The notes under the pieces: generated by a model
What the model was told of the DNA's origin: nothing
Seen by the model: the letters and a program-made list of their open reading frames with translations, nothing else
Databases searched by the model: none
Shown here: positions 17,699 to 27,552 of the stretch, one piece after another
Position numbering within the stretch: position 1 is the stretch's first letter
How the letters are laid out: every line of letters starts with the position of its first letter
Origin: a virus
DNA: 64,000 nt
Direction: 5' to 3' (one strand)
IMG/VR virus record: IMGVR_UViG_3300015360_000025
Translations under genes and position numbers: made by a program

Positions 17699-18240
17699 TG
17701 CCGTTAAGTAAATCTTCTCTAAAATCAGCCTTGAAAGCCGCTTTCGAGAAACAATTAACTGCCACATCTGGTCCAACCCTTGTTCCGAATATCACTCCCG
17801 CCCTAGCTGCAGATTTGGGGAAAGCATATCACGATTATGCTTCCGATGCTAAGATCGGCGCAGCGAAGTTGTCCAGCAAAGGAACAGCTTCAGCTGTTGC
17901 TGGTGCTTTGACTGGAAATGATTACTTCGACGGATGGGAAGCTGGTACTAAAGCTTGGTGGGACGCCGCATCGGCCGATAGTGGAAACGGCGTGTACATC
18001 ACTGGTGCGAAACCAAAATCGGCAGGGCTCTTAGGAGTTAAGGCCGATATTAGGAAGCTTCTTCCGAAGCCAGCGGGAGATCTTGAAGATCCTCCTGCGA
18101 CTGAGCTCGATGATTTTTGCGGAAAGCTTGCTGACGTCTTAAATAAGTTTACGACCAAGATAGAAGTTCCTACTGACGATGATAACTCGGCAAAGTCTTC
18201 CGGTCCAACTCCGACATCTCCTGTACCGAAGGTCAGCTGA
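17698..18240 (+). CDS. Hypothetical baseplate-region protein
   Basis: Coupled ORF between spike and gp25; Ala/Gly rich. Confidence 0.55.
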   Translation: MPLSKSSLKSALKAAFEKQLTATSGPTLVPNITPALAADLGKAYHDYASDAKIGAAKLSSKGTASAVAGALTGNDYFDGWEAGTKAWWDAASADSGNGVYITGAKPKSAGLLGVKADIRKLLPKPAGDLEDPPATELDDFCGKLADVLNKFTTKIEVPTDDDNSAKSSGPTPTSPVPKVS

Positions 18241-18271
18241 TATCCATTCGGTAAGAATCTAAGAGGTTGTC

Positions 18272-18279
18272 CTACTTAT
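18272..18279 (+). promoter_or_regulatory. Putative late promoter motif CTACTTAT
   Basis: TA(C/T)TTA hexamer in a short intergenic gap upstream of gp25; recurs upstream of at least eight other genes. Confidence 0.5.
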
Positions 18280-18294
18280 ACGAGAGGACGACCC

Positions 18295-18690
18295 ATGGGC
18301 ATTGGTTTCACACTTCCATTTTCTAAGTCGACAACTGAGGTCGGGTACTTCGAGACTACCTCGAGCGATATCGCCGCGGTCAAGGAAAACCTGAAGTCTC
18401 TCCTCCTCACGAACTGGGGAGAGAGAGTCAACCACTACTACTTTGGTTGTAATTTCAAGGAGTTTCTTTTCGAGAACATCCATCCCGCCGAACTGAAATC
18501 GAGGATTGGTGAACGTGTCTTGAGCCAGGTAGAGACCTGGTTGCCGTTTCTGGCGATAGAGACTTTGAACGTCAACCTCACGGAAGACGACTCAAACCTC
18601 CCGGAGAATGCCGTAGGTATACGGATCGACTTTAAATTGGTCTCCAAGCCTGATCTTTCAAGTCGTCTTGAGATAGTCGTAGCACAATGA
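18295..18690 (+). CDS. gp25: Baseplate wedge subunit, gp25/GPW-like
   Basis: GFTLPF, AVKENLKSLLLTNWGER....FGCN....LFE, QVETWLPFLAI. Confidence 0.9.
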   Translation: MGIGFTLPFSKSTTEVGYFETTSSDIAAVKENLKSLLLTNWGERVNHYYFGCNFKEFLFENIHPAELKSRIGERVLSQVETWLPFLAIETLNVNLTEDDSNLPENAVGIRIDFKLVSKPDLSSRLEIVVAQ

Positions 18691-18702
18691 TGGAGAACTG
18701 AG

Positions 18703-20556
18703 ATGTCAATCGACTTCAAAGAACGTACGATCAAGTACGTAAACAAAGACTTCCAGAGCATCAAGCGCGACCTGATGAACTTCACTCAGGCCCACCACAG
18801 CGGTGTGTTCCAGGACTTCAATGAATCATCACCTGGCATGGCCCTTCTGGAACTCGTGGCATACGTCGGAGACGTCCTCTCATTCTATCAGGATCAGCAG
18901 TTCGAGGAACTTCGTCATGAGTCTGCTCGGCAGATAGAGAACGTCACTTCATTTGCAAAGGCTCTCGGATATAGACCATCCGGGAAGAGATCTGCTCGTG
19001 GAATTGTTTCGATCTTTGCCGAGGTCCCAGCATCAAACGTTGGAGGAGCCAGAGTTCCAGACGATGCATACTCTCCGATCATGAGGAGAGGCTCAAAACT
19101 TCAGGGACCTGCCGGGAACATTTTCGAAACGTTATCAGACGTGATCTTTAGCGCATCTGCTCCGTCTGACAATACTGATAGCAACCGGATGGTGACTGGA
19201 TCTCAATTTGACGACACCACTGGACTTCCGACGCACTTTGCTCTACGCAAAGATGTGGAAGTCATTGCTGGTGAAACAAAGACTGAGACGTTTACGATCG
19301 ACCAGTTCGAAGCTTTCCGCACGATCGAGCTTACCGAAGAGGACGTCATCGAGGTACTTTCCGTCGTCGACAGTGATGGAAACGAGTGGCTGCAGGTTGA
19401 CTACCTCACACAGGAAGTGATCTTCAACGCTTCCAATAACGACGGCTCTGACAGTCGCGTCGTACCCTACGTCCTAAAGCTCAAGGCGGTACCAAGACGC
19501 TTCATTATAGATCGTGAACCTACGAATAACAAGACGTCCTTGATCTTCGGTTCTGGCGACGGCGTGAACTTTGACGATGAGTTGATCCCGAACATCGCAG
19601 ACTTCGCGCTGCCAATCTCTGGACGTCAAGCATTCTCTTCGTTCAACATCGATCCACAGAACTTTTTGAAGACAAGAACGCTCGGGCTTAGCCCGTTTAG
19701 CACGACACTGACCATCACCTACCGAGTTGGTGGCGGAATTCAAACAAACGTTCCACCAGGTTCAATCAAGTCCGTCAGTGAAGCGATACTAGAGTTCACG
19801 TCGACAAACGTCGATCCTATCAGAAAGTCTGACGTCGTTGGATCTATAGAATGCCTGAACGTCAAGAAGACGGAAGGTGGAGCTCCGGAGGAGTCAATCT
19901 CTGAGATTAAGGCGAACAGTTCAGCTTTCTTTGCAGCTCAGGATCGCGTCGTCACCCGCGAAGACTACCTTGCTCGTCTCTTCTCGATGCCGTCCAAGTT
20001 TGGAAAGGTCGAGAAAGCTTTCGTCCGCAAAGACGTCGTCAACGACACGGCGCTGGACATCCACGTCCTCTCGAAAGATGAATTCGGTCACATGGCCCAA
20101 GCCACTGCGACACTTATCAACAACATCAAGCGGTATCTCGCCAAATATAGGATGCTGACAGACGGGGTGAACATCCTCCAGACTGACATCATAAACATCA
20201 AGGTAAACTTCGGAGTCGTGATCTCTCCCAAGTACAACAGGAATGAAGTCATAGCCAAGTGTCTTAGCGTCCTCAAGGACAATTTGGAAATCGATATGAT
20301 GCAGATCGGACAACCTATTGTGATCTCAGATCTCATCAGTCAGTTACAGAACGTTGTCGGCGTCATTTCTGTTTACGACATCCAAATCAAGAATGTCTTC
20401 GGAATACTTGGAGGACTTGACTACACAGACAATGTTGGGAACTCCGTTCGCTTCGACGTCCAGTCTTGGACGCAGAACGGTATCCTCTACTGTCCAGAGA
20501 ACGCGATTTTCGAAGTGAAGTATCCGATGAAGGACATCAATGGAGAATCGAAATGA
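18703..20556 (+). CDS. gp6: Baseplate wedge subunit, gp6/baseplate J-like
   Basis: NKDFQSIK, DFNESSPGMALLELVAYVGDVLSFYQD, AKALGYRP, YRVGGG, AQDRVVTREDY. Confidence 0.9.
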   Translation: MSIDFKERTIKYVNKDFQSIKRDLMNFTQAHHSGVFQDFNESSPGMALLELVAYVGDVLSFYQDQQFEELRHESARQIENVTSFAKALGYRPSGKRSARGIVSIFAEVPASNVGGARVPDDAYSPIMRRGSKLQGPAGNIFETLSDVIFSASAPSDNTDSNRMVTGSQFDDTTGLPTHFALRKDVEVIAGETKTETFTIDQFEAFRTIELTEEDVIEVLSVVDSDGNEWLQVDYLTQEVIFNASNNDGSDSRVVPYVLKLKAVPRRFIIDREPTNNKTSLIFGSGDGVNFDDELIPNIADFALPISGRQAFSSFNIDPQNFLKTRTLGLSPFSTTLTITYRVGGGIQTNVPPGSIKSVSEAILEFTSTNVDPIRKSDVVGSIECLNVKKTEGGAPEESISEIKANSSAFFAAQDRVVTREDYLARLFSMPSKFGKVEKAFVRKDVVNDTALDIHVLSKDEFGHMAQATATLINNIKRYLAKYRMLTDGVNILQTDIINIKVNFGVVISPKYNRNEVIAKCLSVLKDNLEIDMMQIGQPIVISDLISQLQNVVGVISVYDIQIKNVFGILGGLDYTDNVGNSVRFDVQSWTQNGILYCPENAIFEVKYPMKDINGESK

Positions 20557-20740
20557 ACGGGATCATTTATCACGCTTTCGATACGAGCACTGGATGACAG
20601 TTCTGAATGCTACTCCCGAAACTAGATTAAACATGTCTCGAGCTGCCTCTTTGCGGAAAGCTTCTCTTGAAACAAAAATGAAAATGTCATCTTCACAAAA
20701 AGCAAGAAGAGAGCGCGAGCAAATCGGAGAACGACTCTAA
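20553..20740 (+). pseudogene. Degenerate GIY-YIG/NUMOD3 endonuclease split into two mini-ORFs (20553-20597 and 20594-20740)
   Basis: MNGIIYHAFDTSTG* (GIY motif only), then MTVLNATPETRLNMS...SLETKMKMSSSQK (NUMOD3-like). All junctions are ATGA or TAATG overlaps. Confidence 0.7.
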
Positions 20741-22080
20741 TGTTCTATAGGATCTTCTCATCCAAAGATACGTTCATCACGAACGAACGACTAAACGGTG
20801 GAACTCCGCTCACGTCTTCCAACTGTGGCGCATCTGAGATCCTGCATGTTCATAAGCAGGCTGGGTTTGACCTCACGGCAAGCTTTGCCCATGCCATTAC
20901 AGAATTTGATCTCGCGGAACTCGTCGATGTAACTGGCTCTGCCACGAGTATCGCATACTGGCTTAAGCTGACAGATACACAGCACGACCAGACTCTTCCT
21001 TCCAGTTTTGATCTCGAAGTTCAAGCGCTATCTCAGGATTGGGACGAAGGTCGTGGACGTGACGTCGATTTCTTCTCTGACAAGGGTTTCGCAAACTGGG
21101 ATAAGGCCAAGTCGAATTCTTTCTGGTCAGTTCCAGGCGCTTCAGGATCTGGACCGATCATCTCGACTCACTTCGATACGGGCCATGAAAATCTGGATGT
21201 CGATGTTACATCAATTGTCCAAGAGTGGTTGAGTGGTAACATCACCAACAATGGATTCCTTGTGAAGATCTCTTCGTCACTCGAGGCCGATGATAAAGAT
21301 TACTACGTCAAGATGTTTCATGGTCGGTCGACTCACTTTCTTGACAAGCGTCCGTTCCTAGAGGCGAGGTGGAACGATGCCGCCAGCGACGATCGAAACA
21401 ACTTTTTCTTCGGTATCTCCGGTAGTCTCTTTCTGAACCACGTTGTCCATGGACAACTCGTGAACATTCCTGAAGTCGGGACTGGACAGATTGGTGTTAG
21501 AGTAGTTGATGCTTCCGGTACCGTCGGGATCTTCACGGGGTCGCACTATCTTCCAGGGCAGTACAGTGTTACCTTCGCATTGCCAAGTGCGAGCTTCTCC
21601 GGTTCTCTCTTCCGTGACATCTGGTTCGATCTGGCGACGACCCCGCGTTGGTACATGACTGGATCGTTCGGGATCGCAAATGACCTGAACTCCACAAACG
21701 TTCAGACGAAGAGGTATTTCGTCAATGTTACGAACCTCAAAGATGTGTACGACCTGGACGAGTCACCGCGGCTAGACCTGTTCGTCAGACCAAACGATTA
21801 CAACCCAGCCCGAGTGCTCACCGCTTCACTGGATGCCAACGGGACCGTGGTGACCAGGGGATACTACCGGATCGTAAACGATCGCACCGATGAGGTCGTT
21901 GTGCCCTTCGGCACGGGTTCCCTTCAATACACAAAGATGTCCTACGATCAGAAGGGAAACTACTTCAAACTTTTCATGAAGTCTCTGTCTTTGGGGAACG
22001 TGTACCGAATCATGTTCCTTCTCGATGTAGATGGACAGAGGCAATACATAGATCAAGGTTTCAAGTTTCGCGTGATCTAA
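20740..22080 (+). CDS. Virion structural protein (DNRLRE-like N-terminal domain plus Ig-like domains)
   Basis: SKDTFIT, LEVQALSQDWDEG, LDVDVTSIVQEWLSG..TNNGFLVK, PFLEARWND resemble DNRLRE/TGF-beta-propeptide-like beta-sandwiches. Confidence 0.55.
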   Translation: MFYRIFSSKDTFITNERLNGGTPLTSSNCGASEILHVHKQAGFDLTASFAHAITEFDLAELVDVTGSATSIAYWLKLTDTQHDQTLPSSFDLEVQALSQDWDEGRGRDVDFFSDKGFANWDKAKSNSFWSVPGASGSGPIISTHFDTGHENLDVDVTSIVQEWLSGNITNNGFLVKISSSLEADDKDYYVKMFHGRSTHFLDKRPFLEARWNDAASDDRNNFFFGISGSLFLNHVVHGQLVNIPEVGTGQIGVRVVDASGTVGIFTGSHYLPGQYSVTFALPSASFSGSLFRDIWFDLATTPRWYMTGSFGIANDLNSTNVQTKRYFVNVTNLKDVYDLDESPRLDLFVRPNDYNPARVLTASLDANGTVVTRGYYRIVNDRTDEVVVPFGTGSLQYTKMSYDQKGNYFKLFMKSLSLGNVYRIMFLLDVDGQRQYIDQGFKFRVI

Positions 22081-22293
22081 TGAAACAATACGGGATTATC
22101 TATCATGCGCTTTGTATTAAGAATGGCAAAACCTATGTGGGCCAGACTATCAAATCACTCGATTGTCGGAAGGCAGCTCATCTCAAACCAACTGGAGGCT
22201 GCGCATATTGAGAGTCTAAAAAAATCACACCAGGGACTTTCCTGGAAAAAAGATCAGATCTCCGGCAAACTGATTTGGTCTAGGGTGGTGTGA
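22080..22293 (+). pseudogene. Degenerate, frameshifted GIY-YIG endonuclease remnant
   Basis: 22080-22211 translates as MKQYGIIYHALCIKNGKTYVGQTIKSLDCRKAAHL...*. A second frame ends KSHQGLSW...* (NUMOD1-like) at 22293. Confidence 0.75.
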
Positions 22294-22481
22294 TGGACTC
22301 AGAGGAATTTCGTTTTGGCAAGAAGACAGAGTACGAGCTCGAACTGGCTCGTCTCCTTGCTGAGATAGGACAGCGACGCCGCCTGAAGCTTAGAATCACG
22401 AAACACGAAGAGAAGTACGAAGAGTTGGTGGAAGAGTACGTGAGATTCTGCGGATCGGAGGAGGGAGATGGCCAAGAATAA
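22290..22481 (+). CDS. Small coiled-coil hypothetical protein
   Basis: Coupled ORF (GTGATG overlap upstream; overlaps the next start), charged helical sequence. Confidence 0.45.
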   Translation: MMDSEEFRFGKKTEYELELARLLAEIGQRRRLKLRITKHEEKYEELVEEYVRFCGSEEGDGQE

Positions 22482-25404
22482 GCTCTTCTCTCTCTTCGAT
22501 GAGAAGTTGTCACATCCTAACGAGCTGGTGTCCAGCCCGTCGCAGAACCTTGATTCGATCGGGAACGGTGTCGAGAGCTCTGATACTCTGCTTCGTAAGA
22601 TCCAGCAGTTCGAGATCGTACGACCCAAGGTCGACTACTCAGATTTTGCGAACTTCGTATTCTTCAATTCGGCCCTTGACTACTTCAATATCACCGGCGA
22701 GAAGCTGCTGAACGAGTACCCTGTAGGAGGATCTAGCGAGAATCTGGAGTTCTTCCTGAATTCTCTGGACGATTACCAGCGAGATGTTGTCAGAGTATGG
22801 CCTAAGAGTCAAGGACACTTGAGGTTCCAGCCAACTTCTGGGTTTGCCTATATTGCCGTAGACGACGTGGGAAAGGATGCTGGTGTCTCACGCACGTCGA
22901 TCATGAGTCCAGGTACTGGTTCTATCTCTATAGAATTCTGGGCCGTGTCTCCTCCGATATTAACTGGATCGAACAACGTTATGGTCGTCGCCCAGAAGGT
23001 GACCGGTTCTGGTGACGGATTCTCCGTTTTCTACTCTGGGTCAAATGCCTTTTTCACTATAAAATCAGGATCATCGACTGATTCGATTTCAGCTCCGCTT
23101 TCCCCGAACTCTCTACAGTACTTCTGCTTTGTATATGATCGTGGCGCAGCCAGTCCTATCGTGAAGTCATTCACCGGCAGCGTTGGTGAATTTCCAGTAC
23201 TGGTGTCATCTGTGACAGGATCAATCATGGGGTCCGTTGATGCTGGTACGAGTCGCTTCAACATAGGGTCAGGTTCTCTTTCTTCAAAGGTTGTTCGTCC
23301 GTTTACAGGTTCTCTAGACGACGTTCGTTTCTGGCGTGCCGCTCGATCACTTGTTGATATAAGTTCAAGTTTTAACGCTCGTATCTACGCACAGGATGGA
23401 CTATACGGTCTGTGGCGTTTCAATGAATCTGGATCTGTTCCATCTGGCGACGAGCGAACAATTGTCCAAGATCACTCAGGCTTCAAGCTCAATGGTCGGA
23501 TTAAGAATTATTACACTGCGATACGTGGTTCAGGATCGATCCTACCTTACGACTCGTCAGATCTGATCCTTTCATTGAACGCTCCAGAAGTAGCTGTATA
23601 CATTGAGACGCAACAATTGTCTGGGACACTTTACGATAGATACAATGACAACGGAATCACGCGACTTCTACCAGAGCAATTCTTCCTGTTAGAAGAATTC
23701 AAGAACACTGACGTCCTGAAGAATTTCCTATACGTCCTTGGCAGATACTTCGATTCAATTAAGGTCCGCATTGACCAGTTCGCGCATATTTTGCGTAGCA
23801 ACTACGGTCAATTCAACCAGACACCAGATGCACTCCTCCAAGACATCGCAAAATTCTTTGGATGGGAATTCACAGGAAACTTCCTCAATTCTGACGTCAT
23901 CCAGTACATCATCGGTAAGCAGGTACTTGCTAATACTGAGAGTAACAAACAACTTGATGTGAAGTTGTTTGAGATCAAGAATGAGTTCTGGAAGCGCACG
24001 CTCATAAACCTGATGCACCTATACAAGACGAAGGGGACCAGGGAGAGCGTGGAGTCGTTGCTACGAATCTACGGTGTGAACAAGAACTTTATCAGATTGA
24101 AGGAGTACGGATCCAAGCCAAATGCGGGCATCAGTACGTTCCGCATTTCTTCGGAGAAATCAGTACCCGCCATCACGTTCGGCAGTGGTAGTGCCATATC
24201 GACCAACAAAGTGACGTCAAAAGAGTTCAGAGGTCCAGTGAGGACGATAGAGACTCGGCTAAGATTTCCGACTGATCTCTCAGTCGAGATGACAGCCAGT
24301 CTTCTAACCGGCTCTATCTGGTCGATGAATACGGCGTCAGACGGATCTATGAAGCAGCGGTTGTACTTCACGAAGTCGTCTGTTTCTTCGACCACTGGAA
24401 GCCTCATCTATACAGGTTCCGAAGGAAACGTCGTCCTCGCGTCAGTTCCGATCTTCGACAACAAATGGTACAATGTCGTCGTCCTTAAAGACTATCTCTC
24501 ATCTTCAGTGAGGATTGACGTACGAAAAATCGATCAGGGAGAGGTCACGTATCACTCGACATCCAGCCTGTTTACGCCACTCACATCAGATTCCAGTTCA
24601 GTCTACAAACTTCTGCTTGGATCTACAGGATCGTTACCTAGCCAACAGTGGATGCAGGAAGTCAGAGTGTGGACCGAGCCTCTCAGTGAAACGGAATTGA
24701 ACGATCACGTCTTGAATTTCCAGAGCTACGGAACAGAAGAGATCAACGGACTCACTGAACTTACCTTGCACTGGAGACTCAACGAGAACGTGGAAGCTGG
24801 ACTGACCGGTCAACTCTACAATCTGATCTTTGATTTTTCGGGACAAAATGTCACCGGTTCCGGTGAGGGATTCATCCCAGACATAACCCCGTATAAGAAA
24901 TTCCTGAATGAATTCAACTACATTGCCTCGCCGGAGTATGGCTGGAATGAAGAGAAGATCCGAAGTCTGGAGACTTCTACGGTGCTGCCCGCTGATGCAT
25001 TCGTCGACAACCCACTGATCGGTCTAGAATTCAACCTGACCGATGCACTCAATGAAGACATCTCCCAGATTTTGGCCACGATGGATGGCTTCAATGAATC
25101 TATGGGAGCTTCAGTGAACCTATACCGGGACAGCTATCAAGATCTTGATGTTCTCAGAGAGAACTATTTCAAGAGATTGAATGGATCGATCAACTTCCGG
25201 GTCTTCGCTGACCTCTTGGAGTTCTTTGATCGTTCCTTCATCGATCTTATACGAAGGCTCATTCCAGCGAGGGCCACATTCCTCGGTGACGAGTTCGTGG
25301 TCGAGAGCCATATGCTAGAACGTCCGAAGCTTCAGTGGAACTATCGGAGACGTGAAAGAGAGTTTCAGCCAGAAGGCGTGATCAAAGTCTTCATTAGATC
25401 CTAA
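22468..25404 (+). CDS. Large baseplate/tail protein with LamG domains and a P2 gpI / gp7-like segment
   Basis: LamG motifs (ISIEFW, FTGSLDDVRFW, LYGLWRFNE; second copy QEVRVW..LHWRLNE) and PDALLQDIAKFFGW...LYKTKGTRESVESLLRIYG (gpI-like). Confidence 0.7.
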   Translation: MAKNKLFSLFDEKLSHPNELVSSPSQNLDSIGNGVESSDTLLRKIQQFEIVRPKVDYSDFANFVFFNSALDYFNITGEKLLNEYPVGGSSENLEFFLNSLDDYQRDVVRVWPKSQGHLRFQPTSGFAYIAVDDVGKDAGVSRTSIMSPGTGSISIEFWAVSPPILTGSNNVMVVAQKVTGSGDGFSVFYSGSNAFFTIKSGSSTDSISAPLSPNSLQYFCFVYDRGAASPIVKSFTGSVGEFPVLVSSVTGSIMGSVDAGTSRFNIGSGSLSSKVVRPFTGSLDDVRFWRAARSLVDISSSFNARIYAQDGLYGLWRFNESGSVPSGDERTIVQDHSGFKLNGRIKNYYTAIRGSGSILPYDSSDLILSLNAPEVAVYIETQQLSGTLYDRYNDNGITRLLPEQFFLLEEFKNTDVLKNFLYVLGRYFDSIKVRIDQFAHILRSNYGQFNQTPDALLQDIAKFFGWEFTGNFLNSDVIQYIIGKQVLANTESNKQLDVKLFEIKNEFWKRTLINLMHLYKTKGTRESVESLLRIYGVNKNFIRLKEYGSKPNAGISTFRISSEKSVPAITFGSGSAISTNKVTSKEFRGPVRTIETRLRFPTDLSVEMTASLLTGSIWSMNTASDGSMKQRLYFTKSSVSSTTGSLIYTGSEGNVVLASVPIFDNKWYNVVVLKDYLSSSVRIDVRKIDQGEVTYHSTSSLFTPLTSDSSSVYKLLLGSTGSLPSQQWMQEVRVWTEPLSETELNDHVLNFQSYGTEEINGLTELTLHWRLNENVEAGLTGQLYNLIFDFSGQNVTGSGEGFIPDITPYKKFLNEFNYIASPEYGWNEEKIRSLETSTVLPADAFVDNPLIGLEFNLTDALNEDISQILATMDGFNESMGASVNLYRDSYQDLDVLRENYFKRLNGSINFRVFADLLEFFDRSFIDLIRRLIPARATFLGDEFVVESHMLERPKLQWNYRRREREFQPEGVIKVFIRS

Positions 25405-25425
25405 TTAAGGAGCGAGGAACAAGAG

Positions 25426-27267
25426 ATGGCTGACTTCATTATCACAGGTGGTACCAATTCCGGGACTTTGAACTTCCCGAAGACGGATCGTCACGCCACT
25501 CCACCCGGGACCGATCCTACCAAGATCATCTCTGGTTCGGAGTGGAACTCGTTGTGCCAAGCAGCTGTCGACATCCGGACGAATATCATCTCCGGATCTA
25601 TCTTCGGCTTCGGGACACGATACGCCAATGCCGGTTCTATTCCGAGCATTCCGGGCCACAGCAAGGCCACCGGCGATTACTTCTGGATCGATACTGATGC
25701 AGAGTTGAACTTCCACAAGAGAGACAATACTGACCATCAGATGGTCACGAAGGATGTCTTCAATAGGATCGGCCTAAACGTTTTGGTCGCCTCTGGAACT
25801 GTGCACGCATATAGTGACGGCACAGATGCCAGGATGTTGATCCTCCAGCAGGCGAACGTCTCCTCGATAAAGAACACGGCCGAATTCTTCCGAGAAGTAA
25901 CTAACCACAAGATCCGCATCGGACAGTTCCAGAATGCCACGGATGGTTGGGTCCCAGCGAATGCGATGATCGTTGAAGTGTTCGACGGTTCGACAACTCG
26001 TAACGTCATGCATGCCGACGTAGGTGGCACCCGAATCACCCTGGGTCACACCACATCCTCCCCACAGTTGAGGGTTGGGATCAACACCATCACCCCGCTC
26101 AAACGTCTGGATATCAACGGTGACCTTCGAGTCGCCCAGACCTCTTCCTTCGAAGATTCCGTCTACGTCACCGGTGCGTTGGGAGTCACTGGATCTTCAG
26201 ACGTCATCGGACCGCTATCGGCATCAAGCGTAAGCGCCGGTGGAGCAAGACTTCAACCGCTTAACAACATCATCAACGGAAATTTCCAATTCTGGCAGCG
26301 TGGTGTCACTCCCGTCGTCCAGAATACGTCAAGTCCAACGAGGACCTTCCATTCTGATCGTTGGTACTCTTACACACTAAAGTTTGGCGCTCCTGATACG
26401 CAGTTCACGACTTCCAAACAGACCTCGAGTCTTCCCAACGACTATTGCGTTCGCATCAAGTGCGACACTTCTTCGGGAATCTTCACGGACAATTGGGGAC
26501 TCATCGTACAAGAGGTTGACCGAGATCTTGTAAAACTCATGCGCGGGAAGCGTGTCACTCTGACCGCCAAGCTGCGGACAGGATCTTCCTTCAGTGATTT
26601 CATTACCGCGTATATCGTTGAGAACACCGGATCTTCGACTCAGAATCTGACGACATTTGGCGGCAGCAACGAGTTAAGTGCCAATTTCATTTCTACTGGT
26701 CTGACGACGTCATTCAAGAAGTTCTCCGTCACTTCGGCCAATCCCGTGTCGTCGATCGCGAATGGAGTAGCTATCTATTTCGGTTACGTTATCCAGGGTG
26801 GCCATCCTGGAACTGCTGATGACTACATTGATGTTTCCGAGGTCATGCTTACGATCGGAGAGTCGGTCCCCGAATTGTACGAGATGACTGGACAATCAGA
26901 AGCCGGAGAATTTAATCTCTGTCAGAGATACTACGAGAAATCGTACGAACAAGATACCGCTCCCGGAACGAGTACTAGTTCTGGTTACCACGTCACTAAC
27001 GTGCTCGCCATTACTGCTAACGACACTGATGCATGGTTCGTTGGTGCAAATCCTCGCTTTTTGGCAGATAAGCGCGTCGCCCCAACAGTATCTCTTTGGG
27101 ACACCGACGGATCATCTGGGCAATGGCAGCTCGGCGGTGACTATCTCTCTACTTCCGCCATCGCACTTAGCACTAAGGGATTCGTTATTGCGAATAATAC
27201 GGGAGGTCCTGTGACCCCAACAGCAGGATATGCCTTTGGTCAGTGGATCGCTGACGCGGAGATTTGA
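25426..27267 (+). CDS. Tail fibre protein
   Basis: LDINGDLRV/SLGVTGS-type beta repeats, NNIINGNFQFWQRG carbohydrate-binding-like module, NLCQRYYEKSY motif typical of phage fibres. Confidence 0.75.
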   Translation: MADFIITGGTNSGTLNFPKTDRHATPPGTDPTKIISGSEWNSLCQAAVDIRTNIISGSIFGFGTRYANAGSIPSIPGHSKATGDYFWIDTDAELNFHKRDNTDHQMVTKDVFNRIGLNVLVASGTVHAYSDGTDARMLILQQANVSSIKNTAEFFREVTNHKIRIGQFQNATDGWVPANAMIVEVFDGSTTRNVMHADVGGTRITLGHTTSSPQLRVGINTITPLKRLDINGDLRVAQTSSFEDSVYVTGALGVTGSSDVIGPLSASSVSAGGARLQPLNNIINGNFQFWQRGVTPVVQNTSSPTRTFHSDRWYSYTLKFGAPDTQFTTSKQTSSLPNDYCVRIKCDTSSGIFTDNWGLIVQEVDRDLVKLMRGKRVTLTAKLRTGSSFSDFITAYIVENTGSSTQNLTTFGGSNELSANFISTGLTTSFKKFSVTSANPVSSIANGVAIYFGYVIQGGHPGTADDYIDVSEVMLTIGESVPELYEMTGQSEAGEFNLCQRYYEKSYEQDTAPGTSTSSGYHVTNVLAITANDTDAWFVGANPRFLADKRVAPTVSLWDTDGSSGQWQLGGDYLSTSAIALSTKGFVIANNTGGPVTPTAGYAFGQWIADAEI

Positions 27268-27512
27268 CGATGGCCAATAAGAGAGTCTACTACGCAGTCA
27301 TAGTCTCAGGGTCGACGGTCTGTCTTGTCGATACGTTCATGTCTGGGAATATCCCGTTGGCGGCGAATAACAAGGATTATCAGCAGTATCTACTTTTGTC
27401 CGCATCTAATAGGGCGATCGCAGTGGTAGATGAGGGATCGATTCCGAGCGGAACGATCAACAGTCCAGAAGTCTATTCCGACTTCACTGTTCCAGTGACA
27501 TCTTCGCTCTAA
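27264..27512 (+). CDS. Tail fibre assembly chaperone-like
   Basis: IPLAANNKDYQQYL resembles the IPxDxxNxDYQxYL motif; lies immediately after the fibre gene. Confidence 0.6.
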   Translation: MTMANKRVYYAVIVSGSTVCLVDTFMSGNIPLAANNKDYQQYLLLSASNRAIAVVDEGSIPSGTINSPEVYSDFTVPVTSSL

Positions 27513-27552
27513 ATGCGATCGACATAAGCGGTTCGGAGAACCTGTAAATCTG

